DNA of 64,000 bases from Amoebidium appalachense (taxonomy: Eukaryota; Protista; Ichthyosporea): the NCBI GenBank assembly GCA_963693365.1, contig CAVNZM010000008.1, positions 8,374,818 to 8,438,817 of the forward strand, in the 5' to 3' direction. A program made the translations under genes and the position numbers. Shown here piece after piece: positions 36,411 through 64,000 of the stretch (positions are counted from its first letter, which is position 1; every line of letters begins with the position of its first letter). The notes below the pieces were generated by a model that searched no databases, was not told the DNA's origin, and saw only the letters and a program-made list of their open reading frames with translations.

Positions 36411-36956
36411 TTCTCTCCCCACCTCCCCGCCCCCGGCACGGAGCTCGTAAGAAACCCTTCGAGAATCCCTATATCCAACACCACCTTTCATTCTCCCCCC
36501 CCCCCCTCCCCCCGTCTCTGCTCTGGCAACGGTACATAGTGTCACCTGGTCACCACCTTTGCATATATCCCCCCCTTCCCCCCTCCCGCCCTACCCCCCC
36601 TCGCCCCGGGAAGATCCGTGCTTTAAACAAGCGAGCCTGTGTCTGCGCATCAAAATGCTCTCACCGTGCAACGACCTTTCTCTCGCACACCGTCGCGTTC
36701 CTGGTTCCCTCACACGTACAAAGCTTATGGTCGCATGAAGTACACGCGAGCACACACACACAAACACAAAAGCAAACATACACACAAACACACGCGCGCT
36801 GCCGCACCCACACGTACAAACACACACGCATGCACACGCACAAGCACACACACGCACACGCAGATGTGCACACGCACGCACACACACGCAAAAGCACAAG
36901 CGCAGGCACACACATACCAACCTAAAAATGCTACCACCTACTGAGGCGGTGTCTCC

Positions 36957-36993
<37 letters not shown>

Positions 36994-37998
36994 AAAGCCG
37001 CCTGAGTAGATGTTAAAACGTCGCACGTGCGGCAACACGTCAGTACGTGTTAGCTAAAAATGCGCGACACCAGCACATCAAACAAGATCTCAAGGTGACA
37101 CATGGCGTGAGAAAGACCCGCCGGATCAAAATTTAGATGATGCACGCTATAGCTCGACATAAGCGTAAACCATTTACATCATGCACTTAAAAAGAGTCAG
37201 CAGCTTAAGAAATAACATGCATATTTCTGCTTGCACTTTCGTTTTAGTGACTCGGATTCGTATCTTCCCGTTAGAGTACAGTGCACTGAGTTGCGGACCC
37301 ACAACGATAGCTACCGATAACTTATGGACTGCAAGGCCCTCCCTTTCCATCTCCGCTCCCCACAGAATTCTTCTCCTCTAAACCCGCTTACTAGTATGCC
37401 CACTCCCTCAAGCACCTGGAAGTAGGCCCTTCGTGCCTTTATACCCACTGCATGTTGTCTAGTGGTGCTGCATGGTGTGATCCTGTTGGCAAAGCACTTA
37501 CTACCGCTGAGCTGCGGGAGGCTTCCAAGCATCCTAGATGGGTAGCCTACAGTAACACAGGTGAAAGGACACTTGAAAAGAAAGGCCGCAAACTGTTTTT
37601 TATAAAAAGAACTTTGTTCTTATGGCCATACAGCGCTACCTACGTGAAGTACTTGGTGTCAGTTCCTTCTCTTTTGTTTCTGCAGCAGCCGCGCCGCTCG
37701 ATCAGCTATGCTGCAGAAAATGCGTTTGCGCAATCAACGCTGATCTCTATAAAAACCCGACACGAGGCTAAAATAAATTACTTCAGTTGGCAAGGCATTT
37801 GGGTGTGGTCTTGGTTACTCCGGCAACATCCCTCCCCCCCCCCTCCCCCTCCCCCTGGTCTCTCCTTCTCCCTCTCTCTCTCTCTAGACTCACTATCAAT
37901 CTCCCGGCTCCAGGCTGCAGATTGCAATTCTCACTCTTCTATCTTTTTCTCTCTCCGAGATCTACTATAGCTAGACTGTCTCTGCAGGCCCTCACTCT

Positions 37999-38029
<31 letters not shown>

Positions 38030-38144
38030 CCCCCCCTCTCTCCCTCCCCTCCTTACCGGGTCCCAACCCCCCCCCCTCTCTCTTTCTCTCACTCTCTCTC
38101 TCTCTCTCCCTCTCTGTGGTCACACACACACACACACACACACA

Positions 38145-38181
<37 letters not shown>

Positions 38182-39562
38182 CTCTCTCTCTCTCTCTCTC
38201 TCTCCCCCCCCCTCCCCCCCTCCCCGCCTCTCTCTCTATCCCCCCCCCCCTTTCCTCCTCCCCCCCCCCTCCCGCCCCCTGCCCTCTCTTTTATCTCTTC
38301 CTCTCAGTACTAGTCTCTCTATAGCTAGGTCTCTCTCACTCTCAGCGGATAGACCTTGCCGAGAGCTAAACTATCCCGCAAACTTGCAGGATTACTCCAC
38401 ACTAAAGCAAAATATTTTAGTTCAACCTGACTACGAGTAGCCAAATTTCACCCAATATGATCCCGCAAAACCATTCTAGCAGAGCTATCCTGCAAAAGCG
38501 CAGATGATCCTGACGGAGCGGCAAAGTTCAACTTGTTAAGTTAAACATTGCAAGGAAAAGGAGAATGATTTTCTGAACACTACTACTAGGTATCATGTAT
38601 TAAAAGCAGAACACGAAGTTCTGTGGTGAGTTCTATAGATTGATTTTGCTTATGTTGTTGGGCTCCTACATGCACCTTTTTCCGTGCCCTAAATAATAGT
38701 CGCCGAATTTCAAAACCTCGATTCCGCTCAGTTCATTTGTGACTCTGCTAAAATCATTAAGCAGTCTAGCATGATGATTACACACGGTATGTACTATAAG
38801 AAAGTTTCGTACTCCTAAAGATCTCGCTTTAAACATTTTCTCTTTCGGCCAAGCTCTCACCAATATTGAAGGTCTGGCACAAGACCCGATTCTTCCCACA
38901 TGATGGTCGGCAGCACGATCATGTTTATTGAATATCCCCCCTCCGGCCCCCGGCTCCTCTCTCCCCTCCCCCCACCTTTCCTGAGCCCCACCCCCGCTCC
39001 TCCCTCGGACTCGGTTGAAGAGGGGGAGAGGGGAGGGGGTGGGGGGGAAGGGGGGGGGGAAGGGTCGGAGGAGAATAAATTCATTGTCGTCTGCAGCTGC
39101 ACTTGTTCTGAGGAATAATAGGGCAGGGGGTGGGGTGGGGGGGGAAGGATGGGGGCTCGACGAGACACACACACTGAAAAACCTCAATAAAAAAAAAAAA
39201 CAGCATGAAAACAAGCACATGAAAACACAGACTCACATGATAACACGCCGCACCTACCGTGGCATGTGCACACAAAAACACCATACTAATACATGTACCG
39301 TGACGTACACGCACGCACACACAGACACACAGACACACGCTCGCACACCATACACACACACTTTGTGTGACAAGAGAGAGAGAGAGAGAGAGTGAGGGGG
39401 AGAGGGCCTCGGAGAGGGAAGGAGGGAGGGAGGGAGGGAGAGATAGAGCGGAGATCTAGAGTGAGAGAAGGGGAGATCTAGAGAGACAGAGCCTCGGGGA
39501 GAGAGAGAAAGAGAGAAAACGAGAGAGAGAGAGAGAGAGGAGGAGGGGGGGGGGGGGGGGGG

Positions 39563-39606
<44 letters not shown>

Positions 39607-39683
39607 GAGAGAGAGAGAGAGAAGAGAGAGAGAGACACACACACAAACACACACACAGAGAAAGAGAGAGAGAGGGGGGGGGG

Positions 39684-39721
<38 letters not shown>

Positions 39722-39729
39722 CACACACA

Positions 39730-39777
<48 letters not shown>

Positions 39778-39947
39778 CGGATCTGGTCCACGCTACGTAG
39801 TATACCTCCACTACAGTCCCCCTTGATCACAGTATTGCAGATCTGCGATTTAGGGAGATTCTATTCTTGTTTGTCAACTTCAACTGATTGAGCACAGCTG
39901 CAGCTTTTCAAAGCATGCACACGTGCATATTCCTGAGGTTGGCTTTC

Positions 39948-39981
<34 letters not shown>

Positions 39982-40358
39982 CCCTTTTGGTGGCACCAAG
40001 GCTTTGCATTCGCCCTCGCGCCTGGAATTTTCAACCACGGACACGTCAAGCGAGGGAGGTGCCAATACAAATAAATCATGAAGTGAGGGTTCTGCTTACA
40101 TACACTTTCCACTATTACTCTACACTTACACCCTACGTTTTTGTCCAACAGCAACAGTTTCACCGTTCTGCAACTTAGTCATCACCCCACACATGTTTAA
40201 GGTTTTTCTTCGAAGCTGAACCCACATCCCTTCGAGGTCATCATCGAGTAAGCACGTGCTGAAACGTTACTGGCCTGGCTCACCGCCGTTACTAAACCCC
40301 ACGAAATCTGGTCGTGAGCTGCCTCCGAGATCTTTCTGACGTAGGTAGGTTCTCGGAC

Positions 40359-40465
<107 letters not shown>

Positions 40466-41526
40466 CAAACCCCCCCTCTCGCTCCCCTCCACCCCCACCT
40501 CCTACCCCTCACCCCCACCCACCCAATCACTAATCTCCCAGGGTAAGATCCGTCGCTTGTTCGACCTTGCCCCCCCCCCCCCCCCCCCCCCCCCTCCCCC
40601 CCCCTCCCCCCAACATAGCCAGCCCCCCCTTGGGGCTAGCCGTTCCCCCTTTCCTCTCACTCTCTGGCCCACAATTCCTTAGACCACAAACGCGTCCCCC
40701 TTCTCCCACTGGGCCGTGCAGCCCAAGGACTGCATAAGAGTAGCTACAACATCGCATGCAAAAAAAATCGCACCAGGCATCGATCCAAGTGAAGTTAAGC
40801 AGTGTGGTCTGTGTTGAAATATACGATTGTTCACGCAAGTTATTTTTCAGATACTGAGATTTTCAGTGTTGCGTGTGAATCAAGTACGCATCATACCGCA
40901 AAGACAAAGAATAGACGCACACACAGGCACAGGTACACCCACGGTTTTGTTCACCTTTTTGTGCATGCACCGAAGTTGTCTAGAAAGGAGCACATTACTG
41001 TTTGCTTGCTCTTTCTTACAGCCGCTCATCACTAGCGCCATCTTGTCTCAAACCCCCCCTCCCCCCCCTCCCCCCCCCCCCCCCCCCCTCCCTTTCTTGC
41101 CCTCCTCTGGCCCCATCCGCCCTACTGCACCATGCCTACATACACGTGCACAGAAGTTAACATGCACGCTGTGAACCCTCTCCCTCCCCCCCCCAAAAAA
41201 AGGAAAACCAAAAAAAAGAGACCGAACGGCAATATTAAAAAAGTTGACTTAACGCTCCCCTACCTCCTCCATACACTGCCCCTAGAGGCCTTACATAAAC
41301 CAGCCACCTTTCTCATGCCAAAAAAGTAAAAATAAAAAGAGAAATTGACAGGGAGAGCTAAAAGTGCTGATCGTGAAAAGAGACACACATACGGGCAAAC
41401 ACTAACAAATATGTTTGTGCCCATACACAGAAAACATTTCAGGCTGGAGTGAACCGCGGCATTGAGTTTACCTGCTTCTCGGATACGTTTTATTCTCTCC
41501 TCTTCCTTTTTTCTTTTCCATCCTCC

Positions 41527-41557
<31 letters not shown>

Positions 41558-41578
41558 CTTTGGAGCACGAACGACGGA

Positions 41579-63594
<22,016 letters not shown>

Positions 63595-63595
63595 T

Positions 63596-63627
<32 letters not shown>

Positions 63628-64000
63628 TTGTGTGGGTGGTTGGGTGGGTGTGGGTGTGGGTGTGGGTGTGGGTGTGTCTGTGCGTGTGAAGGTATGCCTG
63701 ACTGTACACGGATATATGTGTGCGTGCCGTGCATGTGTTTTGGAGGGTAGTTGGAAACAGGTAAGGATTGCTCTATGTTGGTTATATTCCATGTAGGTTA
63801 ACGTATGGGGTACTGATTTTATTTTCGGTCAGTGAACAGTGTTTTGGCCTCTACCTTAAGGCGATAGTCACAACATACTCAGATGCGTCCTGAATATGAT
63901 TTCTCACTGACCATCATACTTCCCCCCCCTCCTTCCTCCTCCAAAGACAAGCATACAAGCACATCACACACCCAAGCCCACACAACCACAGTCACCACAC

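Noticed and set aside
38340-38860. Possible second MITE starting atagacc with atcc(c/t)gcaaa repeats
   Set aside because: No convincing matching inverted end found.

Overview
This is a eukaryotic, intron-rich window whose introns are packed with microsatellites: (CA)n/(GT)n, (CT)n and poly-C/G. Most of the supplied ORFs are repeat noise. The proteins look opisthokont-like, possibly from a unicellular holozoan (inference only). I reconstructed four recognisable spliced genes exon by exon: the 3' half of a DDX31/DBP7 DEAD-box helicase (+), an 8-finger C2H2 transcription factor with Zap1/GLI-type tandem CWCH2 fingers (-), a MAPKAPK/CaMK-type kinase (+), and the first 21 exons of ELP1 (+, continuing past the window). 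Two genes are unrecognised: a 100-aa secreted prepropeptide-like ORF (-) and a hidden phase-consistent multi-exon gene (+). The most unusual signals are (1) a dispersed, sense-oriented intronic repeat that folds into a covarying hairpin and carries all three hammerhead-ribozyme core strands in a non-canonical order, (2) repeated tandem 'echo' copies of splice sites and exon ends, and (3) introns built as (GT)n/G...C/(CA)n, with many acceptors lacking a pyrimidine tract. All structures and alignments were done by eye.
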